A DNA stretch of 64,000 bases, taken from contig CP075494.1 of the NCBI GenBank assembly GCA_021613535.1, positions 2,294,001-2,358,000 on the forward strand, given 5' to 3'. Below are positions 62,348-64,000 of the stretch, piece by piece. This DNA comes from Adineta vaga (lineage: Eukaryota > Animalia > Rotifera). Made by a program: the position numbers and the translations under genes. The notes under the pieces were generated by a model, which was not told the origin of the DNA, did no database searches, and saw only the letters and a list, made by a program, of their open reading frames with translations. Each line of letters begins with the position of its first letter. Position 1 is the first letter of the stretch.

Positions 62348-63319
62348 CTAAGTAACTGTTTTTAATGAGTGAATTCTATGTGTATAACATACTGCATTTG
62401 GTACTACTTGATTTTGTCGTCTCGTTCCTTTTGCAACTATTGGTTGTCCAGTTAATTTAGCAAAAAGAATTTCTTTCACTTTTTTATTCATAATGAATAT
62501 AAATATTGAATGAATGGCAGCAGTGAAAGAAAATGCTAACACTTGAATTGAATACAATTGCCATGGAGCTTCATTTATACGATTCATGATTAAACACAAG
62601 ATATATGGAATACCAGCAATAGAGTATAGATTAAAAGTGAGGATAATATTCTGAAAAACTCTTTTGCTTCTTCGAACTCGTAATGTACTTTGACTGTTTG
62701 GATTAATACGAGTTTGATAAATTGTATATCGAAGAATAATTACATACAGAATCATTAACATTAACATAGGTCCAAATGCAAAAAGAATACCAATCGAAAT
62801 CGCCGTTGGAAAATGATGTGCTGTTAGAGTACAAAAATGAGATTCTGAATCATATTGATAAGCATAAGGCGAGATAAACATTCCAACTGCTATGATAACA
62901 TTAATTAACCAACTAATGATAATGATGATCCAAGTTATACGAAATGTTAAGAGATATTTATGTTTGTAGAGAACTGTGATGAAAAACTGAGATATTGCTT
63001 GAGCTATACAGGAATGTGCTACTAAACCAGTACTAAATACCGATAAACAAGCAGTAATTTGACAAAATAATGTATTCGGCGGTGATCCATTGATATAAAT
63101 TTGTTGAATAAATGAAGGTATTTGAATTGAATAGGTGATTGCAAAGAAGAATAATGAAAAACATGAATTACATACATGAAGATTGATAACAGATCGACAA
63201 TGTGGATGCCAACAACGAAGAATGATAAATAATACAGTTGACGTACATAATATAACAATAAGCCAAGATATTAACAGTAGAATACAAACTATTTCGTGAA
63301 AGCTCTTATTTTCTATCAT
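62348..63319 (-). CDS. Class A GPCR, intronless, divergent
   Basis: 7 hydrophobic helices, FCQITA, ECL2 Cys (SHFCTL), TM6 PY, NKKVK helix 8. Confidence 0.8.
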   Translation of the reverse strand: MIENKSFHEIVCILLLISWLIVILCTSTVLFIILRCWHPHCRSVINLHVCNSCFSLFFFAITYSIQIPSFIQQIYINGSPPNTLFCQITACLSVFSTGLVAHSCIAQAISQFFITVLYKHKYLLTFRITWIIIIISWLINVIIAVGMFISPYAYQYDSESHFCTLTAHHFPTAISIGILFAFGPMLMLMILYVIILRYTIYQTRINPNSQSTLRVRRSKRVFQNIILTFNLYSIAGIPYILCLIMNRINEAPWQLYSIQVLAFSFTAAIHSIFIFIMNKKVKEILFAKLTGQPIVAKGTRRQNQVVPNAVCYTHRIHSLKTVT

Positions 63320-64000
63320 TTTTAAATAACACCTCGTGCAAACAGACTTTATTCGACTCAGTCGAAGAATGACACAACCTTAATGATTATATGATAATAC
63401 GACGCACATAATTTAAGGACTCTACTTGTCATCAAGAAAAAAATGAGTATCTAAGATAAGTATTCATTTACAGAAGATGTTTTGTTCTAGATTAAAGTTT
63501 ATACCAGAACATGATATTTGCGACTACTTGATTATTAATTAAAACTTGGAAGTTCGGTTCTTCTGATTATGAAATCTATGCTTACGGTTGCACTTATTCG
63601 ATATTCCGTTATTACTTGAAAAGATGACAATTGACATTTTAATTCTTTCTTCGAAGCAAACGACACGTTATATTATATAAATTGTAGTGATAATACAATA
63701 CTAATATTGCATTAGGTAGTATCGGTATAGTTAATATTGATATTTCTTTAGAGTGAGACGGTTCCTCTTCGTTTGCACTCTCAAAATGATGCTGATGAAT
63801 GATGAGTTCACTGTTGCGTTCTATGAATTCATATAACGCCAATTTACTTGTACGTTGACAAAGTTTTACTAAAGCAGCACCGTTGAAATCAGTAGTTTAA
63901 TTGGGTCGATAATTACAGATCAACGTTTTTGTGCTATCCGTGACTTTTCTAATGTTATATTTAAAAAATTGCTCGACAAAATTTTTCATCAGGTAAGGTA

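Overview
AT-rich (roughly 30% GC by eye) eukaryotic DNA with short (~47-65 bp) GT-AG introns. The gene content is typical of a bdelloid rotifer (Adineta/Rotaria-like; inferred, not proven). It holds five divergent class-A GPCRs, F-box/LRR genes, an ART-TPR gene and a divergent EF1A. It also holds several genes of non-metazoan type: a fungal-type NRPS-like A-T-R reductase, alginate lyase, GH16 pseudogene, DUF4188 monooxygenase, beta-helix glycosidase-like protein, O-methyltransferase and bacterial-type kelch repeats. Pseudogene fragments, a young 1.65-kb foldback transposon and a solo LTR are also present. The most striking unexplained structure is about 30 dispersed copies (about 25 with both arms) of a 30-80 bp inverted element, CCATCTTGAGGGTGTGGGTG...-variable core-...CACCCACACCCTCAAGATGG. 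It is built from bdelloid telomeric hexamers (TGAGGG/TGTGGG) and always has head-to-head, telomere-fusion polarity. Copies lie between genes, inside introns, and exactly at the break points of truncated gene fragments. I propose (inference) that they are scars of telomerase/RT-templated double-strand-break repair or recombination junctions that stitch this mosaic region together; a telomere-derived MITE is the main alternative.
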